Assembly: GCF_009914755.1 (NCBI RefSeq)
Contig: NC_060925.1
Origin: the human T2T-CHM13v2.0 reference genome, Homo sapiens
Strand: one strand, 5' to 3'
DNA: 64,000 bases
Shown: positions 34,990 to 48,279 of the stretch, in pieces
Layout: every line of letters begins with the position of its first letter
Numbering within the stretch: position 1 is the first letter of the stretch
Program-made: the position numbers and the translations under genes
Notes under the pieces: model-generated
Told to the model about the DNA's origin: nothing
Seen by the model: the letters and a program-made list of their open reading frames with translations, nothing else
Databases searched by the model: none

Positions 34990-36465
34990 CGCCAGTTATT
35001 CTTATCCAAATCTTTTTTGACCCCACTCTAGTCAGCTTTTGTCCTCATCACTATCCCCAGACTGTTCCTGTCAAGATCACCAGTGACTACCACATTGCTA
35101 AATTCAGTGGTAAATTCCCAGCCCTCATGATATTACACTTACACGTTTTCCTTACCTACTGACTGTTCCTCCTTGGCCTCTCTTGATGGTTTCTTTTTGT
35201 CTTCAAATTTCTAAGCATTGGAGTGTTCCAAGGCTCAGTTCTATTTGCCTTAATTCCTTGGGGATCTTAACTAGTCCCATGCTTTGAAACAGTTTCTACA
35301 CTGATGACTTTGTCTTTAGTATGGACCCAGCCACTGAACTACAAGGTATACATCCAGCTGCTTAACTGACAAGTTTACTTGGACACCTAATAGGTATCGC
35401 AAAGCTAACGTGTGAAACTGAACTACAGATATTTCTTCTCCCCTCTAAGTATGTACTCCTCCTGCTGTTGCAATTGGTAAATTGCTCCTGTGTCCTACTG
35501 GTTCCTTGGTCTAAAAGCCTTGAAGTCATCTTTGGCCACTTTTTTTCTCTTATACTCCACAGTTTAACCCATCAACACATCTTGTCCTCCTCTGTAACCA
35601 CCACCACCCTGGTCTAAGCCAGCATCATTGTTTTATCCGGTCTCCCCGATTCTGTTCTTGCCCACTACTCTGCACACCTGCCAGAGTGATCATTGAAAAA
35701 CTTGTCGAATTGTTACCTTCCTCTGCTCAAAAGCATCCAATAGCTTTGTCTCACTGCAGGTAAAGTTCTTAAAATTGCACTGTATGATCTGGCCTCAGTT
35801 TTCACTGTCTTACTATGTATGTCCTTGCTCACTTGGCTCCAGTAACACTGACTTTTTTGCTGTTGCATGAATGTGGGATTCTCTTGGTTGGGGGCTTTCT
35901 GCTCTCTGTTCCCTGTCCGGAATTACCTTCTCCCAGATATCCTTGTGGCCTGTTCCCTCCTTTCCTTTGGATCTTTGCTCAAATTTCACCTTCTCAGTGA
36001 GCCACTCCCTAACCACCCTTTTTAAAATCTTAACCCCACGGTGAAACCCCATCTCTACTAAAAATACAAAAAAATTAGCCAGGCGTAGTGGCGGGCACGT
36101 GTAGCCCCAGCTACTCAGGAGGCTGAGGCAGGAGAATGGTGTGAACCCAGGAGGCGGAGCTTGCAGTGAGCCAAGATCACGCCACTGCACTCCAGCCTGG
36201 GCGACAGAGCGAGACTCCGTCTAAAAAAAAACAAAAATCTTACCCCCATTACTATTCCCTATTGCCTTTTTCTGCCTTATTTTTCTCCATAGCACTTATT
36301 ACCATCTCATATACCATGTAATATTTTACTTATTTTCTTATTGTCCATCTCTCTCACTTGAATTGTAAGTTCCTTGAAGACAGAGCTTTTTGTCTGAGGT
36401 ACACTGCTGCATTCCCAGTGCTTAGAATGTACCCGAGACATGGAAGGCCTTCAAAAATGAATAAT
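34990..36465 (+). mobile_element. L2 (L2a-like), interrupted by an AluY
   Basis: CCTGTCAAGATCACCAGTGAC..CACATTGCTAAATTCAGTGGT, ATACATCCAGCTGC.TAACTGAC, 3' terminus AATTGTAAGTTCCTTGAAGACAGAG..CCCAGTGCTTAGAA. Confidence 0.75.
36037..36233 (+). mobile_element. 5'-truncated AluY
   Basis: CACGGTGAAACCCC..GAGAATGGTGTGAACCC..GGAGCTTGCAG; TSD AAAATCTTA(A/C)CCCCA. Confidence 0.92.
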
Positions 36466-36624
36466 TTAAAAATGGACAACAGAATGAATGGCATCGAGTA
36501 AGCATTCAGTAAGTGGTAGCTGTACTGTACTGTTATGCTTCTCTTGTTGGAGAGAGCCTAGGGTAATTTAGAAACACTGTGGATTGGGACCAGCTCTTTG
36601 GAGGGCTTAAAATGCCATGATAGG

Positions 36625-36987
<363 letters not shown>

Positions 36988-39567
36988 TTAGAGCTTCCTA
37001 AGTAGAAAAGTGAAGTCAGAGCTGTGTTTTAGAGGATGAAGCTGGTACATTAGACCTGATGAATTGAAAGGGGTGAGAGATCAGAAACAGAGAGAGCCAT
37101 CAGGAGGATAGATGTTGCCACTGTCTAAGTGAGCGGAGAGGATGACCAGCCTTAGTGTAGGCAGTGGGAAAAGTAAGTGTTCTGAGAGTAGATGCCAGAG
37201 ATACTGGAGGTGAAGGTAATGGGACCTGGGAATTGTATAGAAGAAGCGTGTCTATCAAAGATGGTGAAATTTCGTTACTGGCACATTTTTGAGGGAGGTC
37301 CTGTAGGAAAGGATGACATCGGGAGCACAGGTGGAAGCAAGGTTACCTCTAGTAAGAAGGGGTGGATGGAAACTTCTTTCTCTGCAAGGGTAGTTAAATA
37401 TTCAGGGGCATTTTGAGAGGAGAGGAGGTTGGCAAGCTCCTGGAATAGAGTGTAGAGCTTGGAGTCCGGAGAAAAAGTGAAGAGCACTGTTAACGTGCAC
37501 GGTTGAATAAGGGATTGATGAGAGATGAATGAAAGAAAAATTGAGCAGTAGTTAGGGCATCCGTCTAGTGTGGGCAGCATGGCTTTGTTGTGGAAGTTTC
37601 CTGAATTATACAGAGTCCCTTTTTTTCCTTCCAAAATGAATGGGAAAAAAATGGCCATAGCTTTGCATTCTATGAGCTGCCACTCTAAGGTGGTGTACAA
37701 AGAAAAGCTAAAGGCTTTATCTGGATTCCAGCTTTTAGAAATAGAACTTCAGGAATTATAGTAGTGATCTTTTTTTTTTTTAATGACTGAAGGTTAATGG
37801 TTACTTTTATATTTAGATATGCCCATACTGATATTAAGGTTGTTTTTTTTTTAATTTCTCCTTTTCCTCCTATTTTGTTGTTGGTTGATAGCGTTGGTTT
37901 GTCATCAAAGATCAAATGCTGATGGAAAGCTGTTGAATGATTTTGGAAAAGCTGTGTTCCCTCCAGATACGTTCTTGCCATGTTCTTCCCACATTAGGTG
38001 CTGTACCCCAGACCCCAAGGGATCTTACCCTGGGGAAGGATAGTTTCTGCTGAAACTGACACTTATTGGCAGCCAAGAGTGGTGTTGAAATACAGACTTA
38101 CCAAGAAAAGCCATCACTGGAAATTGCCAGCTCCTTTTACATCAACCAACAAATGGCTATTTGTTAGAGATTAGCTACATTAAAGCATTAATAACCTGTC
38201 CTAGTTTGAACCGGCATCTTAAGGAGAATTGCTAGTTCATTTGGCATGTACATAATGTTAGGGGGTTTGTTTATTGTTAACAAAGTAAGATTTACTTAAA
38301 TGTATTTTGTAAGAGCTTGGTAATGATTACTGAGATGATTATATTATGGATTTTTAGATTTTGTGCATTTTCCATCATCTCTTTTTGCTTCCTGGGTGCC
38401 TTTTAGTATCTTCTCCATGAGTTCTGCCTTTCCCTCATCTCCTTTGAAACGACTCATATAGCATATCTCCAGGAGGCCATCTTTGATTAATCTAACATAA
38501 CATATTATTCCTTCATTCCTTTATTCTGACCCTTCAGCACCTTGAGTTCTCAACTCTGTCCCTTTATGGGCAGCATGATACAGAAAGCTTCAGGGTCTCC
38601 TATCCCCAAGGTAAACTAGAAAGAGCATAGCCAAAAGAAACAGCCAAACCTGGGTTCAGATCTAGGCTCTGTCACTCAGAGGGTATATACCTTCCCTGAG
38701 AGTCCAATGGTCTTATCTAAATATGATGAGAATAATTTCTATCCATAGAACTGTTGTGGGGATTAAATGAGATAAGGAAGATAGAGCACCTAGTGTAGTA
38801 AGTGCTCAGTAAATCATTGTTTCCTCCCCAGACCATATGTTAAACATTAATTTTGCTTAGACACATAGGTTTGTCTCAGCCCCTCAAAAGGGCTTTGAAA
38901 ACTTGGAAACCATCTGGGATTCATCAAATGCTATGAATCAGTGAAGGTGCAGTTAAAACTGAGCTGTTGAATGTTTACATACTTCCTAAAACAAAAGGAA
39001 GCTGTAGAGCATAGGAATTGGGAGTATGAGCTTTGGCAACAGGAATCTGCATTCAGATGTAGCTCAGCTACTTACTAGCTATGTGGTCTTGGGCAAGTTA
39101 TTTGGTCCCTCTGACCCTTATAGGATTGTTATAAAGATCAGATGAGACCAGATATGTTGAAGTGTTCAGCATAGTGAGAGCTCAATAAATGCTGATATTA
39201 TAGCAGCAGCAGTAGCAGATTTTACTTCCTGAAGCCCCCTTTCAATGACCGAGAGTCCTTTCTTGGACTGTTAGGACCAGGTCCAACTATCTCAGTTTGT
39301 TTTTTACCTCGTGCTCTTTGATGTTATATATCTGCAATAGAACTGGATTTTCTAGGCTGTAAATTTGTTTATTTTTTAAGGATTTAGACCTTTTTTCGAG
39401 TATTAAGAGAAGATTTTCTCAGCAGCTAAGTTAGGATGACCATTGAATCTCAGTCTTTTTAGGGGCGATCCCTGAGTTGTAAGACACATAATAAAACCTT
39501 TTTTTCTATCTTGTTTCAGTGATTTAATACTATAGGCATACTATGCTTTAACAGTTTATTCCATCTC

Positions 39568-39860
39568 TTTTTTTTTTTGAGATGGAGTCTCACTCTTGTC
39601 ACCCAGGTTGGAGTGCAATGGCACGAACTTGGCTCACTGCAACCTCTGCTCCTGGGTTCAAGCGATTCTCCTGCCTCAGCCTGCCGAGTAGCTGGAATTA
39701 CAGGCACCTGCCACCATGCTCGGCTAATTTTTGTATTTTTAGTAGAGATGGGGTTTCACCATGTTGGCCAGGCTAGTCTTGAACTCCTGACCTCAGGTGA
39801 TCCGCCCACCTCAGCCTCCCAAAGTGTTGGGATTACAGGTGTGAGCCAGCGCACCCGGCT
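39568..39860 (-). mobile_element. AluSq-like
   Basis: CACTCTTGTCACCCAGG.TGGAGTGCAATGG; TSD TATTCC(A/G)TCTCTTT. Confidence 0.92.
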
Positions 39861-40505
39861 TCTATTCCGTCTCTTTTATTAAGGCACAGATTATCTGATT
39901 AGCTATTATGACATAATTTGATCATCTTTTGAAATTCACATAATCTATTAATTTATTCAACAAGTATTTATTGATTTCCTATGTGTCAAGTACTCTTCAA
40001 GGACCTGTGCATATAGCAGTGATCAACACTGACAAGGGCTCTGCCCCCTTGAAGTTTTCATTCTATTGGACAAATACAGACAGAAAACACATACACATAT
40101 AAGTAGTTTCAGATCAGTGCACTGTGAATAAAATGTGACTTCATTTTAGGGAGAGGCCAGCTTTAATTTGAGCTAATTCTTAATGAGAGGAGGAGCCAAC
40201 TGTTAGAATCCTATTGTTATATTAATTGATTGCCTAAAACGTTGACTGCTGAAAATGTTGATTTCTTGGTGAATTTTTCCTTTTGCACTTGAAACCTCTC
40301 ATTTGGACAAGGTAGACATGGCTGATTTAGCAATGAGATATTAGTCTTTGTTGTCCAGTCTTTTTTCCACTATTTTACTTTGATAATAAAATTAATATTT
40401 TAAAAGCTTTGTATTATTAAAATTGCATACACTTGATTTTAAAAAATTAGAAAAGATAGACAAACGAAACGAAGAACTACCCTACCAAAATTCCACTGTC
40501 CAGGT

Positions 40506-42342
40506 TAGGAGTTGGCAAATTATGGCCTGCAGACCAAATCTAGCCCATCACCTGTTTTTTTGTTTTGCGTTTTGTAAAATTTTTGTTGAAGTCTAGCCTG
40601 TAGTAAAGGGCGTAATTCCAGAGTGTACCACGTGATGAATGTTTACAAATGAGTACACCTCCAAGGTCAAGACACAGAATGTTGCCAGTACTCCAGAAGC
40701 CTCCCTCCTGCCCCCCTGCTATCACTATTCACTCCCAAAAGGAACCATTATTTCAAATCCTATCACCATAGCTTGATTTTATTTATTTTAGAAATTCATA
40801 CAAATGGAACCATAGAACAATAACATTTACTCTTTTTTAGGTCTGGCTTTTTTTTGTTCAACAGCATAAGATTCATTCATATGGTTGCGTGTGGCAATAG
40901 TTTGTGTTTACTAGGCGAATACCCCAGAATTTATTCCTTGTGCATTTGATGTATCTTTGCATTGTTTCAATCTGGGAGCCTGATGAATAAAGTTGTTATG
41001 AATATTCTTATAGATGTCTTTTAGTGGACATTTCCATCGTACTTACTTCTACTGGACACGCACCCAGGGCTAGGTGATAAAGTGCAGGTTTTGGGTATGG
41101 ATGTACTATTTTACATTTCCTTCCATATTACATGAGAGTTTTAGTTCCTCCACATTTTTGACAGTACTTGGTACTTGCCAGGTTTTTTTAAAAATCAGGT
41201 TAATTGATGTACAATTAACAATAAACAATAAAATCAACCCTTTTTAGATGTATAATTCTGTGAATTTAGACAAATGCATACAGTTGTGTAACTATCACCA
41301 GAAATCAAGATACAGACAGTTTCCATTACCCCAGAAAGTGTCCTCATGTCCCTCTATAGTCAGCCCCCTCAGGCCCTTTTAGCCACTAGTTTGATTTCTC
41401 TCCCTGTAGTTTTGCTTTCCTTAGGAAGTCATACACATGAAATGATACAGTATGTAGCTTTTTGAGCCTCCTTCTTTCACTGAAATTTATTCATGCTGTT
41501 GCATGGATCATGAAGTATTTTATTCTTTTTTGCTGCTGAATGGTTACCCCTTCACCAGTTGATGCACATTTGGGTTTTTTCCAGCTTTTGGCAAGTATGA
41601 ATCTTAAAGCCACTATAAGCATTCACATACAGGTTTTTGTGTGGACGTAAGTTTTCATTTTTCTTCGGTAAATACCTAGGAATAGGATTGCTAGTTCATA
41701 TAGTATGTGTATGTTTAGCTTTATGTGAAACTTCCAGACTGTTTTCTGAAAGTGGCTGCATCATTTTACAGTCTTTCTGGTATTATGTTGACCTTTCATT
41801 TGTTTCCCATCCTCACTAACACTGGGTATTGTCTTTTTTTTTTTTTTTTTAAATTTCAGCCATTTGTTCTAGTAGGTATGTGGCACTCATCATGATTTTA
41901 ATGTGAATTTTCTGATGATTAATGAAGTGAAGCACTGTTTCATGTGTTTCTTGGCCATTTGGAGATCTTCTTTTATATAATGCCTACATGTGTCATTTGC
42001 TCATTTTTATATTGGATCGTCTAACCTTTTCTAGTTGAGCAGTAGGAGTTCTTTTTTTTATCTTTTCCTGTAATCCACTGTACCTTAGAAAGGAGTTCTT
42101 CATATAGTCTGTATATGAGTTGTTTGTCAGAGATATATGAGTTGCAAATATCTTCTCCTCCCTCTGTCTGCCACCTGTTTAAAATAATTTTATTGGAACA
42201 TAGCCAACATTTGTTTATATATTATCTATGACTGCTTTTGCACTACAGGGGCAGAATTGGGTAGTTGTGATAGAGACCTACTGACCTGCAAAGCCTAAAA
42301 TATTTAGTGTCTGATCTGTTACAGAAAGTTTGTTAACCCTTG
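40506..42342 (+). mobile_element. MER58A (hAT-Charlie) split by antisense L1M insertions (about 40560-42165)
   Basis: TIR-like TAGGAGTTGGCAAATT ... AAGTTTGTTAACCCTTG followed by ATCTAGAG; CACCTGTTT duplicated either side of the L1M block. Confidence 0.75.
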
Positions 42343-42353
42343 ATCTAGAGAAC

Positions 42354-42913
42354 CGTATTCATTTTCTATTACTGCATAACAAATTGCCACAAATTTAGTA
42401 GCTTAAAACAATGCCCACATTTATTAGCCCACAGTTTCCATGGATAAGTAGGCTGAGGACAGCTTAGCTGGGTCCTCTGCATAGAGTCACACAAGGCTAC
42501 AGTTAAGCTTTTGGCCAGGGCTGGGCTCTCATCTGGAGGCTTCAATGGGGAAGGATCCATGTCCAAGTTCATTCAGGTTGCTGGCAGAATTCATTTCCCT
42601 GTGGCCTTGGGAATGATAGCTTCCCTCTTTTACTGGCTATAGGCCAGAGCTGGCCCTCAGCTCCTAACGGCCAGTTCCCTGCCACGTGGCCCTCTCCATA
42701 GGAAGTCCACAACATAGCAGTGAGCTCATTCAGAGCCAGCAGGAGAGCAAGAATGAGTCTGCTAGCAAGGTAGAATCATTTAATGTAACAAAATGACAAG
42801 AGTGACATCTCATTATCTTTGCCATATTCTGTTAGCTAGAAGCAAGTCACAGGTTCTACTCACACTGGAAGGAAGGGGATGTACACCAGGAGGGTCACCT
42901 TAGAGTCTGTCAC
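42354..42913 (-). mobile_element. MLT1 (E/F-like) MaLR LTR
   Basis: CTATTACTGCATAACAAATTGCCACAAATTTAGTAGCTTAAAACAA, CAAGTTCATTCAGGTTGCTGGCAGAATTCA, AGAAGCAAGTCACAGGT. Confidence 0.8.
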
Positions 42914-43360
42914 AGTTACTATTAGTAATATATTGGTGTCTTAAGTTTACAGATGTTTTTCTATGTTTATATAGTTGAATTCTGTTTTAAGCAAAAATGG
43001 CATCATACAGTTTCTTTTGTAACTGGCTTATATAATAATATCATGAATAATGTAACATGAACATTTTTTCATGTCAGTAAATCCAGATCCATATCATTTC
43101 TTATTGTGGCTTGTATCATACCTCACTATTTGAATATACCATAATTTATTTAATCAATTCCGTCTTGTTAAATATCAGGATTGCTTGTGGTTTATGTCAC
43201 ATTTTACCAGGCTGCCATAGAAGTATATGTGAGTGCCCATTTCCCCACACTGCCTCAGTGCTGGTTACAATTCTGTTGCAGTCAGTGGCTCTTGACAAAA
43301 ATGTATATGTGAAACTGAACACCTCCTATTCTCCTTCCTTCTCCTGTGTATCTGTTTTAG

Positions 43361-43440
43361 ATAAGAAGGCTGACTGCACAATCACAATGGCTGACTCAGA
43401 CTTCCTGGCTTTAATGACTGGTAAAATGAATCCTCAGTCG
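43361..43440 (+). CDS. SCP2: SCP2 exon 15
   Basis: ttttag|ATAAG...CAGTCG|gtaagt, 80 bp; (D)[26 protein letters not shown]. Confidence 0.98.
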
Positions 43441-46111
43441 GTAAGTATGATGGAGCTTATATCCTGCTAGTAGGTAGGTCTTTCAGCCCTTTCTACTCCA
43501 TCTCCTGACTCAGACTCTAAAGTGCAAAGTGGTCAGACTCACAAAACTCAGTGTTCCCCAAACAGTTGACAGACGTCTGTGGAGCAAGCTGTGTGCCACA
43601 CACTGTCTTGTGTGCTGGAAGTGCCCAGAAGAGTAAGAAAGTTCCCACGCTCAGGGCATCCACAGATGTGTAAAAGAGTCAGTGCAGCCAGAGATCCAAG
43701 GTGCCACACCTGGCTTGTGGTCAGGGGAGGATGAAGGCAGGAGCAGCCATATCTCTCTGGGCCATCAGGGAGAGCACCACAGAGGAAGCAGCTCTTGAGC
43801 TTAGTACCCAGGCGGAAAGTAGGAGTGTTCCAGGAGGAGGGAGGGGTGGCATGAACAAAGGCCTGACCTTTTACATTCCATTTATTTGCCCATGCTCTTC
43901 TTTTTGCCTGACCTGTCCTTACCTGACAAATGACTTGTCTTTCAAAATTAGCTCAGATATTATCTCCAAGGACCTCTTTCCAAGTTGCTGGGGAGCTGTA
44001 ACCAGTCCCTCTCCTGAGCCACGTACTGGACTGCCAGCTTAGTGCCTGTTGTGTTATGTTAGTCATAATATGCCTCTCTCTCTTCCCTGTTAGGCTGTGA
44101 GTGTCTCAAAGCATCAAAGCACATCTTATTTGTCTTTATGTTTCCAGAATTTAGCACAGTATCTGATGTTTTTAGGTATTCTGTAAACAACTGTTGGACT
44201 AAATTGCATTTGTCTAAAGTGTGTTTATGCCTTGTATAGATTTTCCTAGTCCCCAAATTGTCAAGGGTCCTCTTAGGCTCTTCAGCTGCAGTGTTGAATG
44301 GACTTGATATAGTGAGCTTTCTGTCAACTTGATATATACTGAGCTTTCCATTAATAAAAAAGAAACTAAGACGTTTCTTTCCAATGTAACTTAATTTTTT
44401 CTGTTGTCTCAGTCTGGTTTGTTTTAGGTTTTATTCCTGTGGTTCTCTGGTAATTTCCAAGATTGGATAAAACAACTAAATCTCACTCCCACTTGCTTTT
44501 TTAAAATGCTTTTTCTACGTAACCAAGCACATTTTAGTTGATGCCATGACAAGTGAGAAATTTGCATCTGTGATGTTTCAGCTGAATACACACCATTGGC
44601 ACTGACATTTCCACTGAGCCTGCTCCAGAAATCTGGACAGAACAGAGGCCACCAGTATAGGAGCTGGCTGTCATCCTCCTTCCCACCCACTGCACATGCC
44701 ATGCACAGCTTTGGCAGGCTGTTCAGACTTCACACATCAGCTGCCTTCATTCTCTCAATTTATCTTTGTACTGCCCATTTTGGGGGCAAGGTGTCAGCTT
44801 ATTTTCCTTCAGCACCTGTTAACACCCAAAGGAATTAAAGATAAAAATAGCAGACCTTTCTATTAATGTGCTAATGGACTTCCCTTATGCTCAGAGGATT
44901 TCCAGAGGATTTGACTGGAAATCGTTAAATGCAGTGGAAATTCTAATTTCAGTGTTTGGCTCCAGCAGCAAGCGTACATGAAGAACACCTAGGGGCCAGA
45001 TTAAAATCATCTTTATGTATGGACTCTCTGAAGGGTGAAGATTCATGTTTTCTCTATTGTTAGTAAATAAAAAGTGATTTTCTTTGTTAACTTACAAAGG
45101 AGAAAGGTGGCGAGTTTCTCCTGTACTACTGGTCCGTATTTTTAAATGATGTTTGTTCAATATATTGTGTTCTGAGACACCTGACCTTTAAGGCATCAGA
45201 CAGAAGGCTTTGTGCCATATAGAAAGGAAATATTTAGTTTGTCCAGACAGAGGAAGGGGAAAAAAAGGAATTAGTCACCCTTACCAGGAGGTACAGAAAA
45301 AAACAGAGCTCCTTACATTCCCATGGATGATGTAGAAGAGCTCCTAGCTTCTTAATGTACTGTTAAAAACCTAGGACTACCAGAAGCTTTTTTTTTAAAT
45401 CTAGCCCTTCCTTATTTTAAGCATTCAGTTAAAATACTGAGATCATGGCAGGGAAATTATGCTACGTTCCCAATTTTGCTGTTTCTCTTAAGTTTTCCTG
45501 GGATTTTGTTACATGGTAAATTTAGCAAACATCATGTGATCTAATCCCAGGCAGTTGTTAAATGGAACAAATTGTGGCTCTGCACTTCAGATTGGTTTGA
45601 TTTTTCTTGTTGAGCCAAAGAGTAACACAAGCACCTCATTCTCAGCAGGCTCTGTGCCCTCTGTAGGGATAAGTCCTTTATCATTGGTGGCATTTCATTC
45701 ACATGCATGTTGGATTGAATCCCAAGAGTTTCTGTGTTTTTTGTGTATGCTTTTTCTCTCAGCAGCCTGCTAAAAATTTCAGTTCATATTTCCCACCTAC
45801 ATGGAATGTTTTAAAACATAATCAGTGTAGTATGAACCCACTTTGAGGAGGACAGGTGAAAACAGGCTCAATTTCTATGAGAAATTTGGGAAAGCTGCTC
45901 CTTTCTGCTGATCTGCAAAAAGTGTGGCCTTTACAAATTCTTCCTTTTGAAGAATGTGGTTCCAAATCTATTCCAGAAAGCCAAGTTTCATATTTTAGAG
46001 AAAGTCATGTGACCTGGATAAATAAATGATCTCAGGGCTAGATAGTGTAGAAACATCAGCAATCTTAAAACAAAAAAACACCAAGTAATGAATTTTCTTT
46101 CTTCTTCACAG

Positions 46112-46207
46112 GCCTTCTTTCAAGGCAAATTGAAAATCACTGGCAACATGGGTCTCGCTATGAAGTTACAAAATCTTCAGCTTCAGCCAGGCAACGCTAA
46201 GCTCTGA
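46112..46207 (+). CDS. SCP2: SCP2 last coding exon, ending in the peroxisomal targeting signal AKL
   Basis: cacag|GCCTTC...AAGCTCTGA; [31 protein letters not shown]. Confidence 0.98.
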   Translation, partial: AFFQGKLKITGNMGLAMKLQNLQLQPGNAKL

Positions 46208-47115
46208 AGAACTCCCTTTGGCTACTTTTGAAAATCAAGATGAGATATATAGATATATATCCATACATTTTATTGTCAGAATTTAGACTGAAACTACACA
46301 TTGGCAAATAGCGTGGGATAGATTTGTTTCTTAATGGGTGTGACCAATCCTGTTTTTCCTATGCTCTGGGTGAATAGAGCCTGATGGTATACTACTGCTT
46401 TGCGGAATTGCATACAACTGTGCATTACAAAGTTAATATGGTAATTATGGTCTGGGGTAAAATTGAGTTTCAGAATAAAATTAGGAACAGTAAAATCCAA
46501 AGAACTATGTAAACAAAAAAGCTTTTGTTTTGCTTACAAAGTATATTTAAGGATTATTCTGCTGAAGATTCAGTTTAAGAGTTTTCCTTGGGAGAACTAA
46601 GTAAGAAACACAATGCCAACAGCTGGCCAGTAATTAGTGTTGTGCACTTCATGTCATTAATCAATTTCTCAATAGTTCTTAAAATTAGTGAGATTAAAAA
46701 TCTAAAAATTTTGCATTTCATGCTATCAGAAACAGTATTTTCTTCCCAAATCAAAATAAAAGAAATATGATCAGAGCTTGAACACAGGCTTATTTTTAAA
46801 ATAAAAATATTTTTAACATGGGTTTCCTTATTGAAAAATCAGTGTATTAGTCATAAAACACCATCATTAAGAATAATTGAACAATAAAGTTTGCTTTCAG
46901 ATGCAGTTTTCAAATTATAATCTCATTTCAATTTATAACGTTCTCAGTCCTTTGTTATAATTTTCCTTTTTCATGTAAGTTTAATTATCTGCATTTATCT
47001 TTTTTCCTAGTTTTTCTAATACTAATGTTATTTCTTAAAATTCAGTGAGATATAGGATAAAATAATGCTTTGAGAAGAATGTTTAATAGAAAATTAAAAT
47101 AACTTTTTCTGGCCT
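46208..47115 (+). other. SCP2: SCP2 3' UTR (AT-rich; end position approximate)
   Basis: Follows the stop codon; repeat-free; several polyA hexamers. Confidence 0.75.
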
Positions 47116-47145
47116 CTCTTGTTTTTACTGTGTATGTTCTTGCTC
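47093..47145 (+). terminator. Probable distal polyadenylation site
   Basis: ATTAAA 47093-47098 followed about 20 nt later by a GU/U-rich tract TTGTTTTTACTGTGTATGTTCTTG. Confidence 0.55.
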
Positions 47146-48279
47146 AGGGCTCTCTAGATAATGCAGAATAAAGAGAAACGTTGGGGGATTTATAAACTGA
47201 ATGTTATCTGGACATAATCACTAGTTTTTGATTGGGGAGGCAGTGTGGTATAATAGAAAGAGCACTTGACTGGGAGCCAAGAGACTTGCTTCTCTTAGGC
47301 AGATAACTGCCTGCCTGGACCTGTTTGCTAAACTATTAGGAGATTTAAGTAGATGATCCCAAAGGTCCCTTCTGCTCAGAATCCTGTGAGTTTCCTCAGA
47401 GCACAGTAGAATGGTTTGGGAATTACCCAGGCCCCACCTTTCTGTTGTTTACTCATTACTTCACCCATAGGTGGTCAGAGGTAGACAACCAGCTGGTATC
47501 ATTTGTTTAGGTGTTTGGAGCCCTTGCTGATATAGTCAGGACTATGGATCAGATCTCCTAAGACCATTTAGCTTTGCATGTTTTGTGACCAGCAGAACAG
47601 CATTTGGTGATAGGGCAAGAGGATACATTAAGCCAATAGAAGTTGATCCCAAGTTCCATAAAATGAATTCAGAACACAGACCTACTTCCTAATCATAGTA
47701 GCTTCTTACTCTGAGAAGAAAAAGACTTCAAGAAAAGAGTTTCAACAAAATGTCTGATTTCTCTGTAGTTTGGATTTGCTGCATCATTCTTTCCTCACTT
47801 GTCCCAGATAACAAGAGATACCTGAAATAGGCTTTAGGATGAACCTCAAAAACTAAAAGGAAAAACAAAAACTGGTTCTTACAGTAGGATTATATTCATA
47901 TATGATGTAATTTGTGTGCATGATAGAAAAGTACTTAGTGATAAAATAGTTTGATTTTTTTCCCCCTTCTGGTATTATAGTTTGGAGGAAGGAGATTAAG
48001 TTTTAATTTGAGTTAAAACTGCCATTACTAGTTGTGCTAGTTGAAGAGATCAAGTCTTAGTTGCCCGATTGATAAAGTGGAGATACTAATATCGGCTTCC
48101 TAGGATTATGAGAAGCTGGAGAGATAACATGTAAAGTACCTATAGCAGTTGCTAGTTTAGGGTAGTCATTCAGTAAATGTGAGTTCCCTTGCTCTTCTCA
48201 CCATTAGCAGCACCACTTGCTCCTGTGATATATGATAATGATGTTTGTAGTGTTATGTCCCACTTTTGGAGTCTTTCGT

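Noticed and set aside
43111-43470. 119-aa ORF as a separate gene
   Set aside because: It is SCP2 exon 15 plus chance open flanking intron
46205-46213. Programmed stop-codon readthrough of SCP2
   Set aside because: Context is TGA AGA, not the TGA CTAG readthrough motif, and readthrough would mask the AKL signal
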